A stretch of DNA of 64,000 nt from an uncultured Gammaproteobacteria bacterium (GCA_964587425.1 CAZPLB010000004.1:3197-67196), one strand, 5' to 3'. Positions 28,914 to 38,838 are shown, counted from the first letter of the stretch. Notes: a model not told the origin generated them from the sequence alone. Numbers and translations: made by a program.

Positions 28914-31900
28914 CTATTTTATTTCTATTTCTTTTAATGTAAGACCTTCGTCTAGGCTAATGTGGCCTAATTTTTGTATGGAAATTCTGTATTTGCCTTT
29001 TTTGGGGAAGAATTTGTAGTTGCCATCTTTATTGCTTCTTGAAATTTCAACTGTTTCTCCGCTCCCTGGTTCGATGAGACGTACTATTGCGTCTGGGACA
29101 GGTTTGCCATATTTGTCTTTCACAATACCTGTAAAGCTTGGGAAGGATATGTGAGTAGCTAGTCTTTTGATTCCGATAATAATATAAATTCCCAAAAATA
29201 TACCATTTATAATCGAAGGATTGGTGAAAAAAAGAATTATGGAAAGAACAGTTAATGGATAGAAAAGGATGGAGCTTACTCTTGAAATGATAGACAGAAA
29301 TCTTACAGATGCTGTTATAGCTTTTGTTCTTGTTTTTTTAAGGACTTTTACAATGGCATCAACTGGGATTGTGAAAAATAGTGATTTAGTTTGTGATGAA
29401 ACAGAGAATACTTCCCCTTTATAAAAGTCTTGAGATTGAAGGATCGTCGGTCGTGGTTTTGTGGTTGGAAAATTATATTCGTAGTGTTTGGTCAATATTC
29501 GATAACTACCTGCTGGCAGCTTCATTCCCCCGTAGACACCATGAACGTCTGTTACCACTGTATCTACTATTGATCCGCTCTGGTCATAAATACTTAATGT
29601 TGCGAATGCAACCGGTGCGAGAGTCGAAGTGTCGTAAACAATGCCTTGTGGTTTAGTTTTTGGTAGTAGTCCAAGACTTCTGAGTAAACTTAAGATTAAA
29701 CCCCAGGAGAGGTTTGCACTAGTTAAACTTACCAAGACTATTGCGGCGTCGGCTAATGGTATCAGTCCTATAAGTATGATTGGGGTTATTATAGTGTGAA
29801 CTAATGGGGCAATTTCCTTTAATGCGGGAGCTAAAAATGTAGATATTACTGTCGAAAGAGGTGTTCCGTTTAAGAGTTGTGAAAGTGCTTCGGAAATAGA
29901 AGAAGGTTCTGATGAATTCTCGGGTTGGGGTGTTTCTTCTGTTGTTGCGGGAACTGCAGCGGCTCCAGGGTTTGGGGTGGGAGTCGGAGTTGGCGTGGGG
30001 GTTGCTGATGAGACAGAAGCGGATGGTGTGTCGATGAGAAGTACCGTATCTGCGCCAAGTACATTTGTTGAGGAGAGTCCGTTTGCTGTTACGGTTACAG
30101 TCATTGAGTTACTGGCGTCGTTTATGAGAAGTGTTTTTTCATCTGAGGAAAGTACGAAAAAGTGATCGGCTGCTTGGGAAAAGGTACTGTTGTATAGTTC
30201 TGTTCCATCTGCGAAGTAGTTGCGAAAGTAAGAATAGACAGTGTAGTTGGTGTAAGGTTGCCCTCCGCCTGATACTGTTGTGCTGCTGTAAAGATTTTGT
30301 TTATTTCCCTGTAGAGTGCCTATTGAACTGACTTGTTCTTCTGGTCCCCATCTTAAAGATACTGATGTACCAGAAGTTGCATGGCGGTAAAGCATTGTTG
30401 CCAATGCAGCTGGTTGGAGACTCTCTGGTGTAATTAGTACTGGATCACCGTTCACTTTTCCAACGTAATCTTCAGACCACCAAATGGGGAGGGTGGTTCC
30501 TAAAACTGCCTGCATCTCACTGTTTAGCCAATTGTTAAGATCTGTATATAACTTTGTTGCGGCGAAAATGTCTGAAGGGAAAGTGCCGTCGGTTATGTCT
30601 TTTGTTGTTATGTTTGAGTCAATTGCAATGAAGTCTGCTTTGTAGCTTCCGTCGGTGTTCTTATTGGCTACGAGCCAGTTTAGCCAGTCATCAACGGCAT
30701 TTAAATCTCTTTTGTCGACGGTGCCGTAACTTGCATCTGTTACTGTTGATCTTTTGATACTGCTTGGGTAGAGATATTTTGAGAAACGCACGTATGGACC
30801 ACCTATCTTTGCTTCTGGTCTAATTGCTTTTATGGCGTCATATATTGATCCATACATCCTATTGTATTTGGTTGTATTCCAACTATTGGTACTTGTGTTC
30901 CATAACCCCTTAAACTCGTTCCATACTTGGAAGTATTCGACTTTGGGAAATACTTTGTTATCTGAACCAACAGTTGATCCGTTGTATCTATTTACGATGT
31001 CTACTATCATGTCTGTAAAATTTTGTTCGTAGGCATCTAGGGGTGCTTTGTTAATTTGACCCCAATCTGTGTTGCTTCCGTTGTAGAGTCCGGGGGTCCA
31101 GAGTGAATCTACCATCCAAGTTGGGGCGCAGCAGAGAGTTATTATTGGTATGGAGCCGGTGTCTCTGATGTTTTGCATACGCCCATCTAGGGCTGACCAA
31201 TTCCAGGTGGTTGTGTCGGTGTTTGATGGGTCGTCCCAGAGGTTGTTTGCACCAAAACCAATTATGTGTTGGTTTTGGTAGATTGCCAATGAGGTTAGTA
31301 AACTTCTGGCATTTGATATTGCTGTCTGGTCTCCACTTGAGTTTAGACTGTCTTGTGTGTGGGTAACTCCAACTTTTAATTTGCTTGTAGTAAGAATTGA
31401 GTTTGGGTCGAGAGTTACGGTAAGGGTTGATGGGTTGGTGATTGTAGCTGTTCCAGAAGAAGTGAGTGAGGGATCAAAAATATCAAGGTCATCAGTTGTT
31501 ATGTTTAGATTGTCGAAGGTAAAAACGTATGGTTGGTTGGTGACTGAGGCGGAGAAATTTGTACGTAGTCCGACTGAGCCGCCGGCTTGAAAAACTGAAT
31601 CATTGTAGTCGGTATATGTGTACTGCCAAGTAATCGGTTCAGAGGTGGCTGGATCCCAGACTTTGATGTTTATTTGGGTAGGATTTGTTCCAAGAATTTG
31701 GGCTCTTACCCAGACGTAGTTTCCTGCGCTAAAAGTTATTCCTGTTGAAGTGAGAGTCCCAAGGGCTGTTTCTGTACCTCCTATTAAACTGAATGCTTGA
31801 ACGCTGATAGTGTTTGAAGTGGTGAAGCGAATTTTGCCGCGATACATGTCATTTGGGTCGATATAGCGTGCGACCCAAAATGCTTCTGCTGCTGCTCCGG

Positions 31901-33590
31901 TTGGAGTTTTATCTATCTTTACTTGGAATTTAGTGTCAATGTCTTGCTGTTTTGTGTCATGGAGGACGACTGTTCTAGATGCAGCGGTGGAAGTAGTCAT
32001 TGAGCCGGTTGAGCCATCTGTGGTGAAGTTTGCTGATGCCCCAGTGATTACTGAGTATGCTCCACCTGTATCTGCACTTCCCCAACCACTCGAAGAAGTT
32101 CTTGTGAAAGTGTCGGTTGCTATGGCTGTTCCGGTTTGGGCCGGTGCTGAAACTGTATTGACTGTTGCATCTGCGGTTGTTGCATTGAGTGAGTCAAAAG
32201 TGACAAGAATTGGAGGATTTGTGACTGTTGAATTCATTAAGGTTCTTAGTCCAAATGATCCGACTGTTTGTAAGGTTGCCTCCGAATCGGTTGCTGTGTA
32301 ATTCCAAGAAACGGGTTCAGTGTCTCCACTTGCCCACACTTTCATGTTGATTGTTGTTGGACTTGTGCCAGTTACTTGGCTTCTAACCCAAATGTAGGAG
32401 TCGGCCGAAAGTGTTATGCCCGTTGATGCCTGTGCGCCTAAGAATGTTTCAACTCCTCCTACTAATTTTTCACCCTGAAGGGTTACAGTATTGCTTGAAG
32501 TGAGACGAATTTTACCTCGATACATATTGTCGGTATTAATTTGCCGCCCTATCCAGAACACTTCGATAGTATTTCCAATGGGTATTTGGCTGATTTTAAC
32601 TTTGAACTGTACGTCTATGTCTTGTTGAGAGGTACTTTTCAACATTATTTCTCTGACTTTTCCAGCTGATGGTAAATTCATGGTTCCTTCTGTTCCATTG
32701 ACATTGAAATCTGTACTTGTTCCACTTGATATTGTGTAATCTCCACCTGTGTCGGCTGTTCCCCATGTGGCAGTTTTTGATCTGGTGAAATTGTCTGCGA
32801 CAAAAACACTACCTGTTTGTGGAACTGCAGTCGGACTGGGGGTTGGAGTGGATAGGACGTCTGTGGTTGTGACGCTAAAATCATCGAAAGTGAAAAGGAC
32901 GGGTGCGTTTGATGTGGCTGAGGGAAGATTTGTGCGGAGTCCTACAGATCCACTGGTTTGCAGACCTGCTTGGGAATCTGTGGTCGTATATGTCCATGCA
33001 CCAGGTTCTGCTGATCCATCTGCCCATACTTTCATGTTGATTGTTGTTGGGCTTGTGCCGGTTACTTGACCGTGTACGTCTAAGTAAGTGTCTGCTGAGT
33101 AGCTGAGGCCGACAACAGTAGTTTGGGACCCAAGAAATGTTTCCACTCCTGCCACTACTTTTGATGCTTGGACAGTTACCGTCCCGCTTGGGGTGAGGCG
33201 GATTTTTCCTCGGTATAGGTTGCTCGAGTCAATTTGACGGACTGTAAAGAAGACTTCTTGTGAGATTCCCGTCGCGAGTTTGCTCGTTTTTATTTTGAAG
33301 GTTAAGTCTGCCTCCGTTACAGAGAAACTGTCTATTATGGCTGCACGTGATGTTGATAGGGTTGGATTATTCATTGTCCCCTCGGTTCCATTTACATTAA
33401 AATCTGAGGGACTCCCTGTCAGTGTGTATGTGTAGCCAGAGTCTGAAGTTCCCCAACTTGAAGAGCTTGAGCGGGTAAAGGTGTCAGTTATAGTAGTTGA
33501 TGCGTAGACATTGCTGATATTGTTTTTCAGGTTTTTTACTATATTAAGACATAGCAACAAGACAACCGAAATGATTGCCAAGCGCGACAT
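28914..33590 (-). CDS. giant (1558 aa) secreted multi-domain surface protein with a clan GH-A-like glycoside hydrolase domain
   Basis: A signal peptide is followed by three tandem ~215-aa beta-sandwich-like repeats (each F.R....WG.AD.GG.Y...FNVNGTEGTM...IN(M/I)KVW...GLRT). A TIM-barrel-like domain then shows (VEYFQVWNEFKG), a clan GH-A acid/base NE motif. A PTPTPTPTPNPG linker follows. The C-terminus has TM helix blocks interleaved with two carboxypeptidase-regulatory/transthyretin-like domains. Confidence 0.7.
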   Translation of the reverse strand: MSRLAIISVVLLLCLNIVKNLKNNISNVYASTTITDTFTRSSSSSWGTSDSGYTYTLTGSPSDFNVNGTEGTMNNPTLSTSRAAIIDSFSVTEADLTFKIKTSKLATGISQEVFFTVRQIDSSNLYRGKIRLTPSGTVTVQASKVVAGVETFLGSQTTVVGLSYSADTYLDVHGQVTGTSPTTINMKVWADGSAEPGAWTYTTTDSQAGLQTSGSVGLRTNLPSATSNAPVLFTFDDFSVTTTDVLSTPTPSPTAVPQTGSVFVADNFTRSKTATWGTADTGGDYTISSGTSTDFNVNGTEGTMNLPSAGKVREIMLKSTSQQDIDVQFKVKISQIPIGNTIEVFWIGRQINTDNMYRGKIRLTSSNTVTLQGEKLVGGVETFLGAQASTGITLSADSYIWVRSQVTGTSPTTINMKVWASGDTEPVSWNYTATDSEATLQTVGSFGLRTLMNSTVTNPPILVTFDSLNATTADATVNTVSAPAQTGTAIATDTFTRTSSSGWGSADTGGAYSVITGASANFTTDGSTGSMTTSTAASRTVVLHDTKQQDIDTKFQVKIDKTPTGAAAEAFWVARYIDPNDMYRGKIRFTTSNTISVQAFSLIGGTETALGTLTSTGITFSAGNYVWVRAQILGTNPTQINIKVWDPATSEPITWQYTYTDYNDSVFQAGGSVGLRTNFSASVTNQPYVFTFDNLNITTDDLDIFDPSLTSSGTATITNPSTLTVTLDPNSILTTSKLKVGVTHTQDSLNSSGDQTAISNARSLLTSLAIYQNQHIIGFGANNLWDDPSNTDTTTWNWSALDGRMQNIRDTGSIPIITLCCAPTWMVDSLWTPGLYNGSNTDWGQINKAPLDAYEQNFTDMIVDIVNRYNGSTVGSDNKVFPKVEYFQVWNEFKGLWNTSTNSWNTTKYNRMYGSIYDAIKAIRPEAKIGGPYVRFSKYLYPSSIKRSTVTDASYGTVDKRDLNAVDDWLNWLVANKNTDGSYKADFIAIDSNITTKDITDGTFPSDIFAATKLYTDLNNWLNSEMQAVLGTTLPIWWSEDYVGKVNGDPVLITPESLQPAALATMLYRHATSGTSVSLRWGPEEQVSSIGTLQGNKQNLYSSTTVSGGGQPYTNYTVYSYFRNYFADGTELYNSTFSQAADHFFVLSSDEKTLLINDASNSMTVTVTANGLSSTNVLGADTVLLIDTPSASVSSATPTPTPTPTPNPGAAAVPATTEETPQPENSSEPSSISEALSQLLNGTPLSTVISTFLAPALKEIAPLVHTIITPIILIGLIPLADAAIVLVSLTSANLSWGLILSLLRSLGLLPKTKPQGIVYDTSTLAPVAFATLSIYDQSGSIVDTVVTDVHGVYGGMKLPAGSYRILTKHYEYNFPTTKPRPTILQSQDFYKGEVFSVSSQTKSLFFTIPVDAIVKVLKKTRTKAITASVRFLSIISRVSSILFYPLTVLSIILFFTNPSIINGIFLGIYIIIGIKRLATHISFPSFTGIVKDKYGKPVPDAIVRLIEPGSGETVEISRSNKDGNYKFFPKKGKYRISIQKLGHISLDEGLTLKEIEIK

Positions 33591-33659
33591 GTTTATTTTT
33601 AGTTTTATTTTTCTTTTTGGCAGTTAGTTTTATTATAACAATTGGAGACTAAATTGTTT

Positions 33660-34223
33660 TTACTGAATTTCTTTCAAGAACTCTTTCAATTTTTTTTCAC
33701 TTCTGTACTGTTGACCGATTGATACAAATAATCTATTTGTATCTGGCCAGTATTTTTTGGGGAGAATCTTTGTCAATTCTTTTTCGGTTTCTGAAGGTTT
33801 TTTTGTTTTTACCCAACCTAGTAAATTCGTAATTCTATGAACATGGGTATCTACTGCAATTGCAGGAATACTGAAGGCTCTATTTAAGACTAAATTTGCA
33901 GTTTTCCTACCAACTCCTGGGAGGCTTTCTAGTTCTTCTCTTGAAGATGGGACTTTGGTAATCGTTGAAGCGAGTTCTTTTAAGTGTTTCGCTTTTGTTT
34001 TATAGAAGCCAACTGGGTGAACTAACTTTTCTATTTCTTTTTGACTCAACTTACTTAATGAATTTAGGTTTGGAGCAACCTTAAATAATTCTTTTGAAAC
34101 TTTGAGAGTGGTTTCATCACGAGTTCTTGCCGAGAGAACTGTTGAGATTAGAGTTTTGTATGGATTTCTTCCAAAGACCTCAAGAGGCACTAACTTGTAA
34201 TGCCTCTCAAAGGTTTTAAACAC
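33660..34223 (-). CDS. nth: endonuclease III family HhH-GPD DNA glycosylase, no C-terminal FeS cysteines
   Basis: HhH-GPD motifs LPGVGRKTANLVL and AVDTHVHRI are present. Confidence 0.8.
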   Translation of the reverse strand: MFKTFERHYKLVPLEVFGRNPYKTLISTVLSARTRDETTLKVSKELFKVAPNLNSLSKLSQKEIEKLVHPVGFYKTKAKHLKELASTITKVPSSREELESLPGVGRKTANLVLNRAFSIPAIAVDTHVHRITNLLGWVKTKKPSETEKELTKILPKKYWPDTNRLFVSIGQQYRSEKKLKEFLKEIQ

Positions 34224-34243
34224 TTTGTTAAAGTTGTAGGTTT

Positions 34244-34381
34244 TTATTTTCCTCCAATCTTAAACATCGTTGTGCCACAAACTTCGCAAATAGCTTTTGT
34301 AGCTTTTTTGCCGTTTTTCATTGTGACTTCTTGGTGATCTTTTCCTTCTCTTTTAGTTCTACATTTTACGCAGTACATCAT
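34244..34381 (-). CDS. small (45 aa) zinc-ribbon protein, unannotated in the ORF track
   Basis: A manual translation gives MMYCVKCRTKREGKDHQEVTMKNGKKATKAICEVCGTTMFKIGGK* (CxxC-x21-CxxC). It is preceded by a strong RBS (AAGGAGGTGA) 7 nt upstream. Confidence 0.5.
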   Translation of the reverse strand: MMYCVKCRTKREGKDHQEVTMKNGKKATKAICEVCGTTMFKIGGK

Positions 34382-34582
34382 AATTAATCACCTCCTTTTT
34401 GAGTCGAGCTCAGTATAGCACTGACCCCACGCACGATTAGGCATGGCGTACCTTAAACATATGATTTAGTCCGAAATATTGGCTTACCTAGCCTCGAGGG
34501 TTGCCTATTGACACCCATGATTTTTTTCTTGACATAGCGCTTGAAAAGAAATATTCTCTAAGGTAGACTCATCTGAGTTTAT

Positions 34583-35023
34583 ATGGTACTCAATGCAGTC
34601 ATAGTAATCTGGTTAGTTGTCTTAACAGTTTCGATATTGTTGTTTTTCTTGCCATATAGAAAGTTAACAAAGACAACTGGTGAGAAAGAGTTGGTAGGCG
34701 TTTTAAGGAAAGTACTTGAACAGGGGGATACAAACAAAAAAGATATAGCATCGGTTTTGTCCGAGCTAAGGGGTTTTGAGAAAGAAGGACTTACTCACTT
34801 GCAGAAAGTTGGATTTGTAAGATTTAATCCTTATACTGAAATGGGTGGAGACAATAGTTTTGCGCTTTGCATGTTGAATGGAAAGCTCGATGGGATTTTG
34901 ATTATGGGATTGCATACTCGCGAAAGTACGAGGCTTTACTCAAAAGAAGTGGAGAATGGGAAAACAAAGTATAGACTTTCCAAGGAAGAACAGTTAGCCT
35001 TAAAGAAAGCAACAAATGAATAA
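34583..35023 (+). CDS. DUF4446-like membrane-anchored protein
   Basis: An N-terminal TM helix is followed by GFVRFNPYTEMGGDNSFALCMLNGKLDGILIMGLHTRESTRLY, resembling the DUF4446 core. Confidence 0.5.
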   Translation: MVLNAVIVIWLVVLTVSILLFFLPYRKLTKTTGEKELVGVLRKVLEQGDTNKKDIASVLSELRGFEKEGLTHLQKVGFVRFNPYTEMGGDNSFALCMLNGKLDGILIMGLHTRESTRLYSKEVENGKTKYRLSKEEQLALKKATNE

Positions 35024-36260
35024 ATTAGATCAATTTTTAAAATCAGGAAATAGAAATATAGTAGTTTCATTGGTTGGGCTATTTTTGGTTGTAGCAGGAA
35101 TTACTTGGGGTGCTTTTACACTTCTTGGTAAGCAAGGAGTTGGCACTACATCAAAGTCAAATGGAACAGATAACATTGCTACAAGGCCAGGGATTGATTT
35201 AAATTTACCAAAAACAGAAGTTTGTCCTATTAATGGACTAAAGTTTACTTCAGCAGAGCGAAAAGTTTGGGAAGCGAGAAGACCGGCTGCAATAATGGTT
35301 GAGAACCATGCAGATTCAAGACCACTTGAGGGATTATCAAGGGCTGACTTTTTATATGAGGCTGTAGCGGAAGGCGGGATAACTAGATTTTTAACAATAT
35401 TTTATTGTGGAGCTGCAGCAAATGATGTAAAGATCGCTCCTGTTCGAAGTGCACGCGTCTACTTTATTAATTGGGCAAGCGAATATGGGGACAGGCCACT
35501 TTATGTTCACGTTGGAGGCGCCAACGATTTTTGTCCAACATGTTATGGAGGAGTGAAGCCGGCTGGAACAATTAATCCTAAAGTTGATGCTTTGGGTCTT
35601 CTTGAAAAAATTGGTTGGAGAGTACCAAGTGGAAATGATTTTGATGCTGCATATGATTCTGGATATCCAGTATTTTTCAGAAATCCTGAGAGATTGGGGC
35701 ATGCTATTGCAACTGAGCACACAATGACCGTTTCAACGGATGCAATGTATGAGAATGCAGAGAGCAGAGGACTAGCTGCAAAAGCCAAGAATGGAGTTAC
35801 TTGGAATAATTCATTTACAGCTTATAAATTTGTAGACGATGCAAAGCTTGGAAGCCCTAAAGCAACGGACATTTCATTCAAGTTCTGGTCAAATAAACCA
35901 GATTATAACGTGGAGTGGAAATATGACTCAGTTAACAACCAATACATGAGGTTTAATGGAGGAGAAGCCATGGTTGATTTGGCTTACAAGAATGTTCAAC
36001 TGACTGCAAAGAATGTTATTGTGATGCAGATTGATGAGCAGGGGCCGGTTGATAGCGAGGGGCACATGTTCTACCAGAATATTGGCAAGGGTGACATCTT
36101 GGTATTCCAAAATGGGAATGTAATTAAGGGGACTTGGAGCAAGGCAACAAGAACAGATAGAACGAAATTCATGGATGAAAATGGTAAAGAGATATCGCTT
36201 GTTCGAGGTGTTACCTGGGTGGAAGGAATTCCAACTGGAAATACTGTAGACTATCATTGA
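35016..36260 (+). CDS. DUF3048 (YerB-like) membrane-anchored protein
   Basis: An N-terminal TM is followed by AIMVENHADSRPLEGLSRADFLYEAVAEGGITRFLTIF, resembling the DUF3048 N-domain. Confidence 0.6.
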   Translation: MNKLDQFLKSGNRNIVVSLVGLFLVVAGITWGAFTLLGKQGVGTTSKSNGTDNIATRPGIDLNLPKTEVCPINGLKFTSAERKVWEARRPAAIMVENHADSRPLEGLSRADFLYEAVAEGGITRFLTIFYCGAAANDVKIAPVRSARVYFINWASEYGDRPLYVHVGGANDFCPTCYGGVKPAGTINPKVDALGLLEKIGWRVPSGNDFDAAYDSGYPVFFRNPERLGHAIATEHTMTVSTDAMYENAESRGLAAKAKNGVTWNNSFTAYKFVDDAKLGSPKATDISFKFWSNKPDYNVEWKYDSVNNQYMRFNGGEAMVDLAYKNVQLTAKNVIVMQIDEQGPVDSEGHMFYQNIGKGDILVFQNGNVIKGTWSKATRTDRTKFMDENGKEISLVRGVTWVEGIPTGNTVDYH

Positions 36261-36286
36261 TGCGCTGCCCGCCTAAAGAATAAACA

Positions 36287-36871
36287 ATGGCGGATTTGAA
36301 TGACATAATTACTTCTAAAGTAAGGATTAAGATCCTAGAGCTTTTCTTTCGTGATCCAAATGAAATGTACCACGTTCGTGGAGTAGTCAGGGAAACTGGG
36401 GAAGAGATTAATGCAGTAAGACGGGAATTAATGAAGTTGGAAGAGGGTGGGCTTGTCAGGAAAGAGGCGAGGGGAAATAGAATTTACTATTGGGTGAGGG
36501 ATGACTATTTGATGTTTGGGGATGTTATCTCAATGGTATCAAAGACTACTGGACTTGGAGCAACACTGATTGCAAACAAAGCAAAGATTGGGAAACCCTT
36601 ATACATCATGTTTTCAGGGAGGTTTGCAAAACACAAGAAAAGAAGAAAAGATGATGATGTTGATGTCTTGGTGGTTGGGGATATTACTATGCCGGAGTTG
36701 GCATCTTTGATTCGGGCGGAAGAGTCAAGGCGAAAAACTGAAATTAATTATACTGTGATGACAAGAGATGAACTGCAGTTTAGAAAACAAAGGCGTGATC
36801 CATTTTTACAGGCAATACTAGCCAATAGCCGTGTTATGATTATTGGTGATGAAGATGATTTGGTTGGTTAA
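36287..36871 (+). CDS. winged-helix DNA-binding domain fused to a minimal nucleotidyltransferase (MNT) domain
   Basis: The N-terminus has a wHTH (KVRIKILELFF...VRRELMKLEEGGLV). The C-terminus has FSGRFAKHKKRRKDDDVDVLVVGD, the G[SG]x9-13D.D motif of the MNT fold. Confidence 0.5.
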   Translation: MADLNDIITSKVRIKILELFFRDPNEMYHVRGVVRETGEEINAVRRELMKLEEGGLVRKEARGNRIYYWVRDDYLMFGDVISMVSKTTGLGATLIANKAKIGKPLYIMFSGRFAKHKKRRKDDDVDVLVVGDITMPELASLIRAEESRRKTEINYTVMTRDELQFRKQRRDPFLQAILANSRVMIIGDEDDLVG

Positions 36872-36876
36872 ATATT

Positions 36877-37497
36877 ATGTCTGAAGTTAGTTCTGATCTA
36901 CAAAATGAAATTAGTCGAGAGTCTGCTTTGGTTTACGAGCAGCTGCATAATATTTCGCGCATTTCAGAAAGAACAAATCGTTCATTGGCAGATGTTATTG
37001 GTACCACTATTGTCGAAGTGAAAGATTGTGCGGGGATTTCTGATCTTCAAATTAGACTTAAGGTCGATAATATATTATATGAAGATAAGAATGACCCTTT
37101 ATTATTTGCGGAATCAGTGTATACGTGGGATGGAAAGGATCATCAAGTTACTTTAGATAAAGGATATATAAGGGGTGTTATTACAGCAATTTCGGAAGCC
37201 CCCGCATCTTTGACGAGTGAACTGCTTCTAGACAATGTTAGAGAAAGAGTTGCGCATGAATATTATCACGCTAGGCAGCAAGAAAAATATCCTAAAAGTG
37301 CAGCTAGATCTCACGAAGCGGCTCAAAAAGGTGGTGGTCAATATTTCCGTGACAGAGGTGAGTTGGCAGCCAACATTTTTGCTCTCAATTATGTAAAGAA
37401 TAGAAAAGATAAAAATCTATTGGGAAGGGTAGCAACTTTAATAAATAATTTCCATAGGGTTCCTGAAATTCGCAAGAGATTAGCGAAATCTATTTAG
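36877..37497 (+). CDS. hypothetical protein with a HepT-like HEPN motif (RERVAHEY)
   Basis: The 206-aa ORF contains VRERVAHEYYH, which fits the Rx4HxY motif of MNT-associated HEPN toxins. It is co-oriented with, and 5 bp downstream of, the MNT gene. Confidence 0.35.
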   Translation: MSEVSSDLQNEISRESALVYEQLHNISRISERTNRSLADVIGTTIVEVKDCAGISDLQIRLKVDNILYEDKNDPLLFAESVYTWDGKDHQVTLDKGYIRGVITAISEAPASLTSELLLDNVRERVAHEYYHARQQEKYPKSAARSHEAAQKGGGQYFRDRGELAANIFALNYVKNRKDKNLLGRVATLINNFHRVPEIRKRLAKSI

Positions 37498-38833
37498 TGT
37501 ATTGTTTTATTTCTTTTAGTAAAACTTCTTTTTTGTTTTCAATTTTCTTTTCTTCAACTTCTTTAAATAATTTTTCAAGTATTTCACCTACTTTTGGTCC
37601 TGGCTTTATCTCTAGTTCTCTTATTACATCATTACCGTTTATTTTTAGATCTTTAATTGAGAATGGTTCTTTTTGAACTTCTATTAATCTAGTTTTAAAT
37701 TCTTCTAGTCTCCATGAAGTTTCTGTTGCTCCTCCACCAAGTCTATCTCCAACACGTAGCGCTAACATATCCTCAACATTTTCTTGTCCTACATTTTTGA
37801 TGAATCTTCTGATTGATGAATCTGTTTGATTTTCATTTACTGTGAACTGGTGCCATCTAACAAGTTTAATTAGTTTATCTGTTTCTTTTTTTGAAAATCT
37901 AAGTCTATCTGCAATGCGCCGCGCAATTCCCGTTCCCACTACTTCATGGTTATAGAAGGTTATTGTTTTTGTTGGGAGGATTTTAAATGTAGCTGGCTTT
38001 CCAATATCGTGAATTAGTGTTGCAAAACGAGTTATGGGATCTTTTGATTTACAAAATTTTAATGCATAAAGACAGTGTGTTCCAACATCATATATATGAT
38101 GTCTTCCTGGGGATTTTTGCTCTACTCCAAACATTTTCATTACTTCTGGCAAGATTTCTTGCATGAGTCCGGAATCTTTTAACATAACTATTCCTTCATA
38201 TGGGTTTGGTGAGGCAAGTGTTTTCATTAGTTCATCCTTTATTCTTTCCCTTGCTATGTTTGTGATTAGACTTGCGTTTGTCTTAATTGCCTCAAAGGTA
38301 TCATCGTCAATGGTGAAGCCAAGTTGGGAGGCAATTCTTACTGCTCTCATCATCCTGAGGGCATCTTCTGAAAAGCGCTCTGATGGGTTTCCCACTGCTT
38401 TAATTATTTTTCTTTTTAGGTCTTTTTGACCATTATATGGATCAATTATTTTTTCATCGTGACTCAATGCCATGGCGTTAATAGTGAAGTCACGTCTTTG
38501 CAGGTCTTCTTCTAAGGACTTGCCCCATTTGACTATACTTGGGTGGCGGCTATCTTTATAACCGCCTTCAGTTCTAAAGGTTGTTATTTCAAATGGATCA
38601 AGGTCTGACTTACTTGGGAGTCCTACTGTTCCAAACTTATTGTCGTAGAAGGCATCTTCTCCCAATACTTTTAATATTTCATCGGGTGTTGCATTGGTTG
38701 TAAAGTCCCAGTCGTCTGGAGTTTTTCCCATGACTAGGTCTCGAACTGCTCCACCTACAACATAAATTTCAAAATTTTTCTTTTCAAACTTCTTTATGAT
38801 ATCTTGTACTTCTGGTGGTATATTGAATTGCAT
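37490..38833 (-). CDS. cca: CCA-adding tRNA nucleotidyltransferase (PolyA_pol head + HD domain)
   Basis: GGAVRDLVMGKTPDDWDFTT and RRDFTINAMAL mark the Pol-beta NTase head; LIHDIGKP marks the HD domain. Confidence 0.85.
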   Translation of the reverse strand: MQFNIPPEVQDIIKKFEKKNFEIYVVGGAVRDLVMGKTPDDWDFTTNATPDEILKVLGEDAFYDNKFGTVGLPSKSDLDPFEITTFRTEGGYKDSRHPSIVKWGKSLEEDLQRRDFTINAMALSHDEKIIDPYNGQKDLKRKIIKAVGNPSERFSEDALRMMRAVRIASQLGFTIDDDTFEAIKTNASLITNIARERIKDELMKTLASPNPYEGIVMLKDSGLMQEILPEVMKMFGVEQKSPGRHHIYDVGTHCLYALKFCKSKDPITRFATLIHDIGKPATFKILPTKTITFYNHEVVGTGIARRIADRLRFSKKETDKLIKLVRWHQFTVNENQTDSSIRRFIKNVGQENVEDMLALRVGDRLGGGATETSWRLEEFKTRLIEVQKEPFSIKDLKINGNDVIRELEIKPGPKVGEILEKLFKEVEEKKIENKKEVLLKEIKQYTK

Positions 38834-38838
38834 ATATG

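Noticed and set aside
29393-33069. Several 60-120-aa plus-strand ORFs (29393.., 29977.., 30131.., 30832.., 31357.., 31933.., 32749..)
   Set aside because: All are antisense to the continuous 1558-aa minus-strand ORF, which has clear repeat and domain structure. They reflect strand-symmetric composition.
34384-34500. Moderately GC-rich intergenic stretch upstream of the small zinc-ribbon gene as a possible tRNA/sRNA
   Set aside because: No cloverleaf, T-loop (GTTCRANYC) or convincing stem set could be found on either strand. It is treated as a divergent promoter/5'UTR region.
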